The notes: generated by a model from the sequence alone, not told the origin. A DNA stretch of 64,000 bases from Hyphomicrobiaceae bacterium (GCA_031367715.1 JANLQJ010000405.1:19669-83668), one strand, 5' to 3'. Numbered from the stretch's first letter, positions 26,735 through 37,416 are shown. A program made the numbers and translations.

Positions 26735-27612
26735 CTTGCGCGGTCTCCGAACAGGCCGTTGGGCCGGAACACCAGCACCAGTGCTACCAGCAGCGTTGCA
26801 AGGATCTTTGCTAAAGTCGGCGAGAAGAACACCGAGATGATGCCGTCGCTGAGGCCGATCACGACAGCTGCGATCATGGTGCCGCGCAGATTGCCAAGGC
26901 CGCCGAGAATGACAACCACAAACGACAGCAATAGCGGCTCCAGCCCCATCAGATAGTGCGCCTGCTGAATGGGCACCACCAGCACGCCGGCGATGGCGGC
27001 AAGGCCCGCGCCCAATGCGAACACGCCGCTGTAGACGCGGTCGACCGGAATGCCGAAGGCCTGCGCCATCTCGCGATCAAAGCGCGTGGCGCGCATGACC
27101 AGGCCGATGCGCGTGCGGCTCAGCAGATACCAACAGGCCGTCAGCAGCAGCGCCGAGGCCGCGACCACGACAAGTTTGTAGCCGGAATAACCGAACCAGG
27201 GGAACAGGATGCGGAAGCGGAACGGCGGCTCGACCGGACGGGCGTCGGGTCCAAAGAAACTGAGCGCGAGCTGCTGGATGATGTAGAGCAGGCCGATGGT
27301 GGCAACGATGGTCGCCTCGGGCTGATAGTTCAGCCGCCGCAGTACCAGCCGATCAGCGGCGATGGCGATGGCGCCGACAATCACAGGGCTGAGGATCAAT
27401 GCCAGCGCGAAGCCGACGGCCGGAGGCCCAGCGACATGAGCCGCGATGGCCCAAGCCAGCACCGCGCCCAGCATGAAGAACTCGCCATGCGCCACATTGA
27501 CGATGCGCATGACTCCGAACACCAGCGACAGACCGAGCGCGCTGAGCGCGAGCACCGCCGCCGCGACGATGCCTTCCATCAAGGCGAGCAGTAAGTGCGG
27601 GCCGAGACTCAT
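26731..27612 (-). CDS. Branched-chain amino acid ABC permease (LivH-like)
   Basis: Start trimmed to ATG 27612. The product begins MSLGPHLLLALMEGIVAAAVLALSALGLSLVFGVMRIVNVAHGEF. Confidence 0.8.
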   Translation of the reverse strand: MSLGPHLLLALMEGIVAAAVLALSALGLSLVFGVMRIVNVAHGEFFMLGAVLAWAIAAHVAGPPAVGFALALILSPVIVGAIAIAADRLVLRRLNYQPEATIVATIGLLYIIQQLALSFFGPDARPVEPPFRFRILFPWFGYSGYKLVVVAASALLLTACWYLLSRTRIGLVMRATRFDREMAQAFGIPVDRVYSGVFALGAGLAAIAGVLVVPIQQAHYLMGLEPLLLSFVVVILGGLGNLRGTMIAAVVIGLSDGIISVFFSPTLAKILATLLVALVLVFRPNGLFGDRAR

Positions 27613-27732
27613 GGTTGCGAGGCGTGGCTTGTCTCCACTACCCGCTTTGACGGGGGGAGGATGGCCGCGGGGCAGGTGCGAGGCAATAACATACCGCAGC
27701 CCTGTCGATTCAAGCACCGGTGCCAGTTCCTA

Positions 27733-27808
27733 CCCCTCACCTGCACTCCCTCTTGTTGCGCTTCGCGCAACTGGGCGGGCATCCTCTCCCCGTCAAAACG
27801 GGGAGAGG
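27733..27808. repeat. REP family 1 copy (CCCCTCAC...CCTCTCCCCGTCAAAACGGGGAGAGG)
   Basis: Hairpin CCTCTCCCC-GTCAAAAC-GGGGAGAGG at 27783-27808, preceded by CCCCTCACC. Related copies are at 36087, 58302 and 58401. Confidence 0.8.
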
Positions 27809-27840
27809 TGTAGAAAGACTGCCTGCCAACCACTCCGCGC

Positions 27841-29139
27841 CTACAGCGCCATCTTGGTATAATCCGCCTCCGGCTCGTAATTGCCGTCTTCGATGCTGGT
27901 GCGGTGCACGACCTCGAGCTTGCCGCCAGCCACTTTCGAAATGTTCTGGTGGCCAAAGCACTGATGCGTCTTGCCGTTGAAAGTCTTGTCGCCTTGCGGG
28001 TGCTCGTTGCCTTCGGCCCAGCCGGTCATGGCTTCGGTCGCCTCGATCAGCTTGGCCTTGTCGGCTGGCCCCTGATAGCCGCTCTTTTCCATGGCTTCCT
28101 TGATGACGTACAGCGTCTCCCAGCAGCCGAACATGTGCGAGTAGGTCGAGATGTCCTTGCCATCGGCAAGGCTGGCGCCGGCATTGTCGACGCCGACTGC
28201 GGCGCGGTAGGCCTTGTCGGCGGCCGATTGGTTGGCCTGGGCATAGCGCGGCATCCCTTCCCAGAAATAACTGCCGTCGAGGAATTCCAGACCCGGACTG
28301 GCAAAATCGACCGCCTCGAGGCTGTCGATGAAGCCGAAGATCTTTGGCCGCTTGGAGCCGAAGTGGTCGCCCATCTCCTTGACGAACGTGAGCACGCCGG
28401 GGCCGACCATGACGTGATAGAGAACCTCCGTATCGGCCGCGATCTGCGGAAAATATTTCGTATACGATGTTTCGGTCGGCGGCACCGGGATGAGGCTGAC
28501 CACCTTGCCGCCCTGCTTTTCGATCGCCGCCGAGAAGTAATCGCGATGATCGTGGCCGAAGGCGAAGTCGGGAAACATCATCGACACCTTCTTGCCGAGA
28601 TTGGCGGCAATCCACGGCGCCATCGAAATCACCTGCGATTTCACATCGGTGATGCCGGGCTGGAAGACGTAGCGGTTAAGTTTGCCCGAGGCGACGTGAT
28701 GGCCCTCGCTGACCACGTAATACGGCATCTTCTGCTCGGCGGCCGCCGGCGCCGAGCCGATCACCACATGCGAGAACAATGTGCCGAACGCGACGTCGGT
28801 CTTGTGCTGGGTGGCGAACTTCTCGACCACCTCGGCGCCACGTTTGGGGTCGGTGGCATCGTCCTCGATCACCAATTCGACCGGGCGGCCGGCGATGCCA
28901 CCAGCGTCGTTGATGGCCTTGATGGCGGCGTTCGAAGTACGCTCGTACCAGCGTCCATAGGAGGCGCCGATGCCGGTGCGGTGGCATTGGAAGCCGATGC
29001 GGATCGGCGCGGCCGCATGTACCTGGATGAACGGCACCATGCCGGCACCCGCTGCAGCGCCGATGACTGCGCCTGCGCCCTTGAGCGCTCCGCGGCGCGT
29101 GATGGCTTGGGATTTAGCGGACCTGATCTTGACGGACAT
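27841..29139 (-). CDS. Periplasmic substrate-binding protein of the Liv-type ABC system
   Basis: Tat-like signal ITRRGALKGAGAVIGAAAGAG. 432 aa, type I periplasmic binding fold suggested by context and composition. Confidence 0.8.
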   Translation of the reverse strand: MSVKIRSAKSQAITRRGALKGAGAVIGAAAGAGMVPFIQVHAAAPIRIGFQCHRTGIGASYGRWYERTSNAAIKAINDAGGIAGRPVELVIEDDATDPKRGAEVVEKFATQHKTDVAFGTLFSHVVIGSAPAAAEQKMPYYVVSEGHHVASGKLNRYVFQPGITDVKSQVISMAPWIAANLGKKVSMMFPDFAFGHDHRDYFSAAIEKQGGKVVSLIPVPPTETSYTKYFPQIAADTEVLYHVMVGPGVLTFVKEMGDHFGSKRPKIFGFIDSLEAVDFASPGLEFLDGSYFWEGMPRYAQANQSAADKAYRAAVGVDNAGASLADGKDISTYSHMFGCWETLYVIKEAMEKSGYQGPADKAKLIEATEAMTGWAEGNEHPQGDKTFNGKTHQCFGHQNISKVAGGKLEVVHRTSIEDGNYEPEADYTKMAL

Positions 29140-29280
29140 TCCTCACTCCTACCAGTTGCGCGACGATCAAGCGCCAGCAAATCACCAGCTCGATCATAAT
29201 TCAAGGCGGCTGTGCGGAGCCGGCTGGCAAGTGTTTTGCAGCGGAGATACCGAACCGCCATTCCAGTCAGGCGACCGCGC

Positions 29281-29727
29281 TCATTCCGGACCTTCGCCAG
29301 GCCGGATGACGCCCTTTTTCAGGACGATGTTGCCGTACAGGCGGCGCTCGCTGGAAGCCACCACGGCGTAGGCCTTGCGGACCCGTTCGTAGAACACGGC
29401 CGGCTCGACTCCGGTGAGGTTCACCGTCGGCTCGTGTTTGGCGACCACGCCAGCGAGCTCCACCATCACCGGCTCCAGATGATCGGGCCTTCCGGGAACA
29501 TTCGGCCGGATGGCGGGCGCGGGGACGAACTCGTCGAGCGGCATGACAGAAAGGATGGCGTCGAGCAGCCGCGCCGCATCGTGGCCATCGGCGCGGATGA
29601 TGCGCTTGGGTCCGGCATTGTCGGCAGGGTAGTTGCCATCGACAATGGCGATCTCGTCGCCGTGCCCCATGGCGCGCAACGTGTACAAAAGGTCTGGGCC
29701 CAGCAGCGGGCTCAGGTTTTTCAGCAT
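29281..29727 (-). CDS. RbsD/FucU-family sugar mutarotase
   Basis: Start trimmed to ATG 29727. MLKNLSPLLGPDLLYTLRAMGHGDEIAIVDGNYPA is the FucU/RbsD signature. Confidence 0.75.
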   Translation of the reverse strand: MLKNLSPLLGPDLLYTLRAMGHGDEIAIVDGNYPADNAGPKRIIRADGHDAARLLDAILSVMPLDEFVPAPAIRPNVPGRPDHLEPVMVELAGVVAKHEPTVNLTGVEPAVFYERVRKAYAVVASSERRLYGNIVLKKGVIRPGEGPE

Positions 29728-29747
29728 GGAGCGGTATCCTTGTGAAA

Positions 29748-30782
29748 CTAGGCTGCGGTCGGAGCATCCTTGCGCAGGAACGACTTGGCCTTGAGGTCGC
29801 TCCACAGGGCTGTGGGAATCGAGGCGGCCAGCGTGCGCGTATTGAGCGCGACCTGCTCTGGAGTGCTGGCGCCGGGGATCACGGTAACCACGGATGGGTG
29901 CATCAGCGGCAAGCGCAGCGCTGCCTCCACCAGCTTGACGTCATGGGACGCGCACACTTTTTCCAGTCCGGCAACGCGATCAAGCACGTCTTGTGGCGCG
30001 GGGCTGTAGTTGTACCAGGCGCCCGGCTTTGCGCCACTGGCCAGAATGCCGGAGTTGAAGATGCCGGCGCCGATCACGCCGACACCGCGCTGCTGGCACA
30101 GCGGCAGGAAGGTTTCGAGCGCGGCCTGCTCCAGCAGCGTATAGCGGCCGGCCAGCAGGAACAGATCGAACTCGCCCTGCGCCATCAGCATCTCGCAGGC
30201 CGTGGTCTCGTTCACCCCGGCGCCGATGGCCTTCACGATTTTCTGGTCGCGCAGCTTGGTCAACGCCGTGTAGCCGCCGTTGGTCTTATGCATGAGGGTC
30301 GCGATATGGGCGTCGCGCACCGCCGGCGAGCCGTGGGTGAAAACATCGAGGTCATGCACCAGCAGGATATCGATCTGGTCCAGCCCCAGGCGCTCGAGGG
30401 AAAACTCCAGCGAGCGCATCACCCCGTCATAGGTATAGTCGAACACCTCCTGGCGCGACGGCACGTCGAAAAACGCACCGATGCGCGTGCGCTGCTCGGG
30501 CGGACACACCTGCATCAAGCGACCGACCTTGGTGGAGATCAGATACTCGCCGCGCGGCCTGCCGCGCAGGAAGCGGTTCAGGCGGGTCTCCGAAAGCCCG
30601 AGACCATAGAGCGGCGCGGTATCGAAATAGCGGATGCCGGCGGCCCAGGCAGCGTCCAGCGTCGCGTCGGACTGCGCCTCGGGCACGGCCGCATAGAGAT
30701 TGCCGATCGGCGCGGCGCCGAAGCCGAGTTCGCTGAACGACAGCGTCGCGCCGCTTGGCGTCTTGAATGTCTTGTTGCGCAT
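29748..30782 (-). CDS. Aldo/keto reductase (D-threo-aldose/L-fucose 1-dehydrogenase-like)
   Basis: LGFGAAPIGNLY...YFDTAPLYGLGLSE. 344 aa. Confidence 0.75.
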   Translation of the reverse strand: MRNKTFKTPSGATLSFSELGFGAAPIGNLYAAVPEAQSDATLDAAWAAGIRYFDTAPLYGLGLSETRLNRFLRGRPRGEYLISTKVGRLMQVCPPEQRTRIGAFFDVPSRQEVFDYTYDGVMRSLEFSLERLGLDQIDILLVHDLDVFTHGSPAVRDAHIATLMHKTNGGYTALTKLRDQKIVKAIGAGVNETTACEMLMAQGEFDLFLLAGRYTLLEQAALETFLPLCQQRGVGVIGAGIFNSGILASGAKPGAWYNYSPAPQDVLDRVAGLEKVCASHDVKLVEAALRLPLMHPSVVTVIPGASTPEQVALNTRTLAASIPTALWSDLKAKSFLRKDAPTAA

Positions 30783-30894
30783 TGTGGTCTCTTGTCCTTG
30801 GGCTGCCGGGTCATGTTAGGATGGGATGATCGAAATGCAACAGCCTATTCACCCCATACTGGCGCATCGCGCAGCTGCGATCGAAGGAACGACA

Positions 30895-32424
30895 ATGACC
30901 ACCAGCAAACCTGCCCCGCGCTCCATCCGCCTCAACGCGGCCGACAATGTGGTCGTCGCCATCGATCAGATCGAGACCGGGACCACGTCCTCAGGCATCC
31001 TGGCGCGCGCGCGCGTCCCCAAGGGCCACAAGCTCGCCACGGCCCCCATTGCAGCCGGAGAACCGGTACGCAAATTCGGCCAGATCATCGGCTTTGCCAA
31101 GGCCGCGATCGCGCCGGGCGACTGGGTGCACGAGCACAATTGCGGCATGGGTGAGCTGTCGCACGACTATGCGCATGGCGTTGATGCCAAAAAGACAAAC
31201 ATGCTCCCTATCGAACAGCGCGCCACCTTCGAGGGCTATCGGCGCGCCAACGGCAAGGTCGGCACGCGCAATTATGTCGGTGTGCTGACCAGCGTGAACT
31301 GCTCGACCACGGTCGCCGGTTTCATCGTCAAGGAGATCGAGCGCTCCGGCATCCTCAACGACTATCCGAACATCGACGGCATTATCGCGCTGAAGCAGGC
31401 CAATGGCTGCGTGGTCGACTATCGCGGCGTCATTTTCGACACGCTGAAAAAGACCACCTGGGGCTATGCCACCAATCCGAACATGGGCGGCGTGATCATG
31501 GTCGGGCTCGGCTGCGAGGGTTTCCAGATCCCGAAATTCAAGGCCGCCTATGGCGTGGTCGAGAGCGATCTGTTCCGCTCCATGACCATCCAGGAGACGG
31601 GAGGAACGCGCAAGACAGTCGAGGCAGGCGTTGCCGCCGTCAGGGCCATGCTGCCCAAGGTCAACGCAGTCAGGCGCGAAACGGTGCCAGCGTCCGAGAT
31701 CGTGCTCGCGCTGCAATGCGGCGGGTCCGACGGTTATTCCGGCATCACGGCCAATCCCGCCCTTGGCATTGCCGCCGATCTTCTGGTGCGCAATGGCGGC
31801 ACCGCGATTTTGTCCGAGACACCCGAGATCTATGGCGCCGAGCATCTGCTGACCCGCCGCGCCGTCAGCAAAGAGGTCGGCCAGAAACTGGTCGACATCA
31901 TCCATTGGTGGGAGGACTACACCAAGCGGAACAATATGGAAATGAACAACAATCCGTCCCCCGGCAACAAGCTCGGAGGCCTCACGACGATCCTGGAAAA
32001 ATCGCTCGGTGCTGCCGCCAAGGGGGGCTCGACCACGCTGACGGCAGTCTATCACTATGCCGATCCGGTGACCGACAAGGGCTTTGTGTTCATGGACACG
32101 CCTGGCTACGATCCGGTCTCGGCGACCGGCCAGGTGGCGGGCGGCGCCAACGTGCTTGCCTTCACCACCGGCCGCGGCTCGGCCTATGGCTGCAAGCCGA
32201 CCCCCTCCTTCAAGCTCGCCACCAACACCGACATCTTCAACCGCATGATCGAGGACATGGACATCAATTGCGGTGATGTGCTGGAGGGCGTGAGCATCGA
32301 GGACAAGGGCAAGGAGATCTTCGAGCTGATGCTGAAGGTGGCGTCGGGAACGCGCACCAAGTCCGAGGAGTTGGGCTACGGCGACAACGAGTTCGTGCCC
32401 TGGCAGATCGGCGCCACCATGTGA
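30895..32424 (+). CDS. UxaA/altronate dehydratase-family sugar-acid dehydratase
   Basis: Start trimmed to ATG 30895 (GAAGGA upstream). SAF-like N-terminus IRLNAADNVVVAIDQIETG. About 510 aa with conserved GCEG and LQCGGSD blocks. Confidence 0.75.
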   Translation: MTTSKPAPRSIRLNAADNVVVAIDQIETGTTSSGILARARVPKGHKLATAPIAAGEPVRKFGQIIGFAKAAIAPGDWVHEHNCGMGELSHDYAHGVDAKKTNMLPIEQRATFEGYRRANGKVGTRNYVGVLTSVNCSTTVAGFIVKEIERSGILNDYPNIDGIIALKQANGCVVDYRGVIFDTLKKTTWGYATNPNMGGVIMVGLGCEGFQIPKFKAAYGVVESDLFRSMTIQETGGTRKTVEAGVAAVRAMLPKVNAVRRETVPASEIVLALQCGGSDGYSGITANPALGIAADLLVRNGGTAILSETPEIYGAEHLLTRRAVSKEVGQKLVDIIHWWEDYTKRNNMEMNNNPSPGNKLGGLTTILEKSLGAAAKGGSTTLTAVYHYADPVTDKGFVFMDTPGYDPVSATGQVAGGANVLAFTTGRGSAYGCKPTPSFKLATNTDIFNRMIEDMDINCGDVLEGVSIEDKGKEIFELMLKVASGTRTKSEELGYGDNEFVPWQIGATM

Positions 32425-32656
32425 GGGGACATGATGGTCATCACGGGCGGCCCCCGGACGAACTGATTGAGGCACGGCATTCAAGCCGGCAGTAAACATC
32501 GTATCGCCAACCCAACTCACCGATTGCCAGCCTGCGCGGCCCGGGCGTAGGTTGACTCAAGCGTTTCAGCGCGACCCAACACTGCTGGCTCCGCCCGTGG
32601 ACGTTGGGTCGCGCAGTGCGTGACCCAACCCATGCCCCACCCCCTCGGGAACGCTC

Positions 32657-34114
32657 ATGTACATCGGCATCGATATCGGCACCTCGGGCGTCAAGGCCGT
32701 GCTGATGGACGCGGACCACACCGTCATCGGCTCGGCAACGTCGGGGCTTGAGGTCACGCGGCCGCACCCCGGCTGGTCCGAACAGGTGCCGGCCGACTGG
32801 TGGAGCGCGACCGAGAAAGCCATCCAGGCGTTGAAGCATGCCCACCCCAAGGACATGGCCGCCGTCGAGGGGATCGGCCTCTCCGGCCAGCAACACGGCG
32901 CGACCTTGCTCGATCAGAACGGGAGCGTGCTGCGTCCGGCGATCTTGTGGAACGATGCCCGCTCGTTCGTCGAATGCGCCGAGATCGAGAGCAGCGTGCC
33001 GGCGGCGCGCAAGATTTCCGGCAACATCTGCATGGCCGGCTTCACGGCGCCCAAGATCGCCTGGGTGAAAAAGCACGAGCCCAAGGTCTACGACCAGATC
33101 GCCAAGGTGTTGTTGCCGAAGGACTATGTGCGCCTTCAGATGACCGGCGACTATGCCTCAGACATGTCGGACAGCGCCGGCACCTATTGGATGGATGTCG
33201 CAAAGCGCGATTGGTCGGAGGCGCTGCTGAAGGCGACCGGCCTCGATACCGGCCACATGCCGAAACTGTTCGAAGGCTCGGCCCCGACCGGCCGTCTCAC
33301 CGAGGCGGTGGCCGCCGCCTGGGGCATGCCCAAGCGCCCGGTGGTGGCGGGCGGCGGCGGCGACAACGCGGCCTCGGCCTGCGGGATCGGCGCGGTGAAG
33401 GACGAGGCGGCGTTCCTGTCGGTCGGCACATCCGGCGTATTCTTCGTCTCGAACGCGCGCTTTTCGCCCAACGCCGACCGCGCCATCCACGCCTTCTGCC
33501 ACGCCGTGCCGAACACCTGGCACCAGATGGGCGTGCACCTGTCGGCGGCGGGAAGTCTGGAATGGCTGGCGCATACGCTACGCCGCCCGGTGCCGGAATT
33601 GCTGGCAGCGCTGGGCGAGCGCGTCGCGGGACCGGCCTCGACCCTGTTCCTGCCGTATCTCTCTGGCGAGCGCACGCCGGTGGCCGACGCGACCGTGCGC
33701 GGCATGTTCGCGGGGCTGGGGCAGGAGTCGGACGAGAAGATGCTGACGCAAGCGGTGCTGGAGGGGGTGGCCTATTCGTTCCGCGATAGCCTTGAAGCAT
33801 TGCGTGTCGCCGGCAGCGCCGTGAAAGAGGCTAGCGTGGTCGGCGGCGGCTCGCGCTCGAAGATGTGGGTGCAGATCATGGCCAATACGCTCGGCATTCC
33901 GCTGACGCTGCATCACGGTGGTGAGCTGGGCGGAGCGTTCGGCGCAGCGCGGCTGGGGCTGTGCGCGGCCACGAGGGCGGACCCGATGGCGGTGTGCACC
34001 CAGCCGCCGGTGGCGGCGGTGGTTGAGCCGGAGCGGGGGTTGGTGGGGGCCTATGCGGAGGGGTATGCGCGGTATGCGCGGATGTATAAGGCGGCGAAAG
34101 AGGTCATGGGGTGA
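32657..34114 (+). CDS. xylB: Xylulokinase
   Basis: MYIGIDIGTSGVKAVLMD, FGGY-kinase length, adjacent to xylA. Confidence 0.85.
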   Translation: MYIGIDIGTSGVKAVLMDADHTVIGSATSGLEVTRPHPGWSEQVPADWWSATEKAIQALKHAHPKDMAAVEGIGLSGQQHGATLLDQNGSVLRPAILWNDARSFVECAEIESSVPAARKISGNICMAGFTAPKIAWVKKHEPKVYDQIAKVLLPKDYVRLQMTGDYASDMSDSAGTYWMDVAKRDWSEALLKATGLDTGHMPKLFEGSAPTGRLTEAVAAAWGMPKRPVVAGGGGDNAASACGIGAVKDEAAFLSVGTSGVFFVSNARFSPNADRAIHAFCHAVPNTWHQMGVHLSAAGSLEWLAHTLRRPVPELLAALGERVAGPASTLFLPYLSGERTPVADATVRGMFAGLGQESDEKMLTQAVLEGVAYSFRDSLEALRVAGSAVKEASVVGGGSRSKMWVQIMANTLGIPLTLHHGGELGGAFGAARLGLCAATRADPMAVCTQPPVAAVVEPERGLVGAYAEGYARYARMYKAAKEVMG

Positions 34115-34176
34115 GTGTTGGTGTAGGGTTGACTGACGAGCCGTGTTAATCTGGCACTGACAAGGAACCAAAGAAC

Positions 34177-34431
34177 ATGACGACCAAGATCGCCGACAGG
34201 CACCTCGAAGTGCTCGAACGCCACGTCAAGGCCGGGCATTTCGAGACGGTGGAGCAAGCGCTCGACGCGGCGGTGTTCCAACTCGATCTGTCTCTCGACT
34301 TCGATGACGATTGGGTCGCGCCCCTCCTCGCGGAGGCCGATGCTGACATCGCTGCAGGGCGTGTGGTCAGCCGCGAAGACCTCGTCAAGACCATGGACGA
34401 AGCAATCGAACGGGGCGCTCGTTCTCGCTGA
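34177..34431 (+). CDS. ParD-like (RHH) type II antitoxin
   Basis: 84 aa. HLEVLERHVKAGHFETVEQALDAAV is RHH-like. Its stop overlaps the start of the ParE-like ORF. Confidence 0.6.
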   Translation: MTTKIADRHLEVLERHVKAGHFETVEQALDAAVFQLDLSLDFDDDWVAPLLAEADADIAAGRVVSREDLVKTMDEAIERGARSR

Positions 34432-34730
34432 TGCGCGTCACTGCTTCCCAAAGAGCCCAGCACGACTTGGACGAGATTCTCGAAACGATAAGTGCTTCGA
34501 ATGGGCGCTTCGTTGCCACGAAGTGGCGCCAGCAGATCCTCGACGCGCTTGATCTGCTCGAACTCTTTTCCGGAGCCGGCTCACCTAGACCAAGACTTGG
34601 TACGGGAGTACGCGTTCTTCCTTTGCGTCCCTGGCTCATCTACTACGTCGTCGAGGCGGACCAAGTCCTAATCAAGCGGATAGTCCACGGCGCACGGCGC
34701 CAGAACCGCAAGCTTGTCTCAGAAGAATGA
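34431..34730 (+). CDS. ParE/RelE-family type II toxin
   Basis: 99 aa. [12 protein letters not shown]... at the N-terminus and [22 protein letters not shown] at the C-terminus are typical of ParE. Confidence 0.65.
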   Translation: MRVTASQRAQHDLDEILETISASNGRFVATKWRQQILDALDLLELFSGAGSPRPRLGTGVRVLPLRPWLIYYVVEADQVLIKRIVHGARRQNRKLVSEE

Positions 34731-34747
34731 TCCCCGAGGAAACCCCC

Positions 34748-36061
34748 ATGTCCAAATTCTTCTCCATCACCGACCCGATCAAATTCGAGGGCCCCGAGAC
34801 CGACAACCCCCTCGCCTTCCGCCACTACTCGCCCAAGAAGAAAGTCCTCGGCAAAACCATGGCCGAGCACTTGCGGTTTTCGGCGGCCTATTGGCACTGC
34901 TTCACCTGGACCGGCTCCGACCCGTTCGGCGGCCCGACCATCCTGCGGCCCTGGATCGGCGATGGCGACCAGATGGCGCTGGCGAGACTCAAGGCCGACG
35001 TCGCCTTCGACATGTTCAATCTGCTCGGCATGCCGTTTTTCGCCTTCCACGACCGCGACATCGCCCCCGAGGGCGCGACGCTGGCCCAGAGCAACCGCAA
35101 CGTCACCGCCATCGCCGAGATCTTTGCCGGCAAGATGTCCGAGAGCGGCGTCAAGCTGTTGTGGGGCACGGCCAACATGTTCAGCCATCGCCGCTTCATG
35201 GCGGGCGCGGCGACCAACCCGGACCCGGAAATCTTCGCCTGGTGCGCGGCGCAGGTGAAGCACTGCCTGGAGGTAACCAGGGACCTCGGCGGCGAAAATT
35301 ATGTGCTGTGGGGCGGCCGCGAGGGTTACGAGACGCTGCTCAATACCGACCTGAAGCGCGAGTTGGGACAGGCAGGCCGCTTCCTGCAGATGGTGGTGGA
35401 GTACAAGCACAAGATCGGCTTCAAGGGGCCGATCCTGATTGAGCCCAAGCCGCAGGAGCCGACCAAGCACCAGTATGATTACGACGTCGCCACCGTTTAT
35501 GGCTTCCTGAAAGCCAATGGCGTCGAGAAGGACGTCAAGGTCAATATCGAGCAGAACCACGCCATGCTCGCCAACCACTCGTTCGAGCACGAGATCGCGC
35601 TGGCGCAGGCGCTCGGCATCTTCGGCTCGCTCGACATCAACCGCGGCGATTACCAGAGCGGCTGGGACACCGACCAGTTCGCCATGAACGTGCCGGAAAT
35701 CGCGCTGGCGTTCTATCACATCTATAAGCACGGCGGTTTCACCACCGGCGGCCTCAACTTCGACGCCAAGATCCGCCGCCAATCGCTGGATGCGGACGAT
35801 CTGTTGCACGCCCATGTCGGCGGCATGGATGCCTGCGCACGCGCCCTGCTGATCGCCGAGAAGATGATCATGGACGGCGCGCTGGAGAAACATGTGGCGG
35901 CACGGTACGCCGGCTGGGACAAGGCGGAGAACGCGAAAATGCTCAACGGGAAAATGAGCCTGGAGGAGTGCGCGGCGCGCGTTGCCAAGGAGAAGCTCGA
36001 CCCGCAGCCGCGCTCCGGCAAGCAGGAGTATCTGGAGAACATCCTCAATAGGTATATGTAG
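34748..36061 (+). CDS. xylA: Xylose isomerase
   Basis: Start trimmed to ATG 34748. [38 protein letters not shown]. Confidence 0.95.
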   Translation: MSKFFSITDPIKFEGPETDNPLAFRHYSPKKKVLGKTMAEHLRFSAAYWHCFTWTGSDPFGGPTILRPWIGDGDQMALARLKADVAFDMFNLLGMPFFAFHDRDIAPEGATLAQSNRNVTAIAEIFAGKMSESGVKLLWGTANMFSHRRFMAGAATNPDPEIFAWCAAQVKHCLEVTRDLGGENYVLWGGREGYETLLNTDLKRELGQAGRFLQMVVEYKHKIGFKGPILIEPKPQEPTKHQYDYDVATVYGFLKANGVEKDVKVNIEQNHAMLANHSFEHEIALAQALGIFGSLDINRGDYQSGWDTDQFAMNVPEIALAFYHIYKHGGFTTGGLNFDAKIRRQSLDADDLLHAHVGGMDACARALLIAEKMIMDGALEKHVAARYAGWDKAENAKMLNGKMSLEECAARVAKEKLDPQPRSGKQEYLENILNRYM

Positions 36062-36086
36062 ACAGAGCACCGGCGGCGCGGAACGT

Positions 36087-36132
36087 CCTTCTCCCTTTGG
36101 GAGAAGGTGGCGCGGTAGCGCCGGATGAAGGG
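36087..36132. repeat. REP family 1 copy
   Basis: CCTTCTCCC-TTTG-GGAGAAGGTGGCGCGGTAGCGCCGGATGAAGGGG is closely similar to 58302-58350. Confidence 0.75.
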
Positions 36133-36246
36133 GTTGGACGCGCGGTTGAGGCACGCAGGTGCAGCGCCCACCACCAGCATACCCCTCATCCGCCCGTCGG
36201 CAAAAAACGATAGAGCAACAAAATCTGCTAAGGGAGTACACCAACA

Positions 36247-37416
36247 ATGGCCATCGAAGGGCGCAGCGACGCCGCCAACCGCCGCATCCGCCTCGGCATG
36301 GTCGGCGGCGGCCAGGGCGCGTTCATCGGCGCGGTGCACCGGCTCGCCGCGCGCATGGACGATCAGTATGAGTTCGTGGCCGGGGCGCTGGCCTCGACGC
36401 CGGAAAAGGCATTGGCCTCCGGGCAGGAGCTCGGGCTCGCCGCCGATCGCATTTACAAAGACTATCAATCCATGGCGGCGGCCGAGTGCAAGCGCCCCGA
36501 CGGCATCGAGGCCGTGTCCATCGTCACGCCGAACCACATGCATTTCCCGGTCGCCAAGTGCTTCCTGCAAGCCGGTATCAACGTCATCTGCGATAAGCCG
36601 CTGGTGAATTCCAGCGCCGAGGCCGCCGCGCTACAGGAGCTGGTGCAGACCAAGGGCCTGATCTTCGCCGTCACCTACAACTACTCTGGCTACCCGATGG
36701 TGCGCCAGGCGCGCGAAATGATCGCCAAGGGCGAGTTGGGTGACTTGCGCCTGGTGCAGGGCGAGTACCCACAGGACTGGCTGACCACCCCATTGGAAGG
36801 CACCGGTCAGAAGCAGGCCGAATGGCGCACCGATCCGGCCCGCTCGGGCGCCGGCGGTTGCGTCGGCGATATCGGAACGCATACGTATCAGCTGTGCACC
36901 TTCGTTTCCGGCCTGGAGCTGGACACGCTGCTAGCCGAACTCACCTCGTTCGTTCCGGGCCGCAAACTCGACGACAACGCGCAAGTCATGTTGCGCTTCA
37001 GGGGCGGCGCCAAGGGTGCGATCTGGGCCAGCCAGGTCGCGCCAGGCAACGAGAACGGCCTGAAACTGAGAGTGTACGGAACCAAAGCCGGCCTGGAATG
37101 GACGCAAGCCGACCCGAACTATCTGTGGTTTACGGCTTATGGTGAACCGCGCAAACTCATCACCCGCGGCGGCTCAGGCGCCGGCGCAGCCGCCGGCCGT
37201 GTCACGCGCGTGCCGCCAGGGCACCCGGAAGGATACCTGGAAGGCTTTGCCAACATCTACACCGAAGTGGCACGAGCCATCCGTGCCCGGCGCGACGGCA
37301 AGATTGTCGACCCTGACGTGCTGTTCCCTGGCGTTTCCGATGGCGCCAAGGGCGTGGCGTTTGTCGAGGCTTGCGTGAAATCGTCGGCCGCTGGCGGCGT
37401 TTGGGTGCAAGCGTAG
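36247..37416 (+). CDS. Gfo/Idh/MocA-family oxidoreductase
   Basis: Rossmann N-terminus IRLGMVGGGQGAFIGAVH. 389 aa. Consistent with the surrounding sugar catabolism genes. Confidence 0.8.
   Translation: MAIEGRSDAANRRIRLGMVGGGQGAFIGAVHRLAARMDDQYEFVAGALASTPEKALASGQELGLAADRIYKDYQSMAAAECKRPDGIEAVSIVTPNHMHFPVAKCFLQAGINVICDKPLVNSSAEAAALQELVQTKGLIFAVTYNYSGYPMVRQAREMIAKGELGDLRLVQGEYPQDWLTTPLEGTGQKQAEWRTDPARSGAGGCVGDIGTHTYQLCTFVSGLELDTLLAELTSFVPGRKLDDNAQVMLRFRGGAKGAIWASQVAPGNENGLKLRVYGTKAGLEWTQADPNYLWFTAYGEPRKLITRGGSGAGAAAGRVTRVPPGHPEGYLEGFANIYTEVARAIRARRDGKIVDPDVLFPGVSDGAKGVAFVEACVKSSAAGGVWVQA

Noticed and set aside
30991-32520. 509-aa minus-strand ORF. Similar cases are 34643-36247, 43615-44760, 37592-38560 and 27904-29199
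   Set aside because: Each is antisense to a gene with strong family signatures: UxaA-type dehydratase, xylA, htpG, corrinoid protein and the substrate-binding protein respectively.
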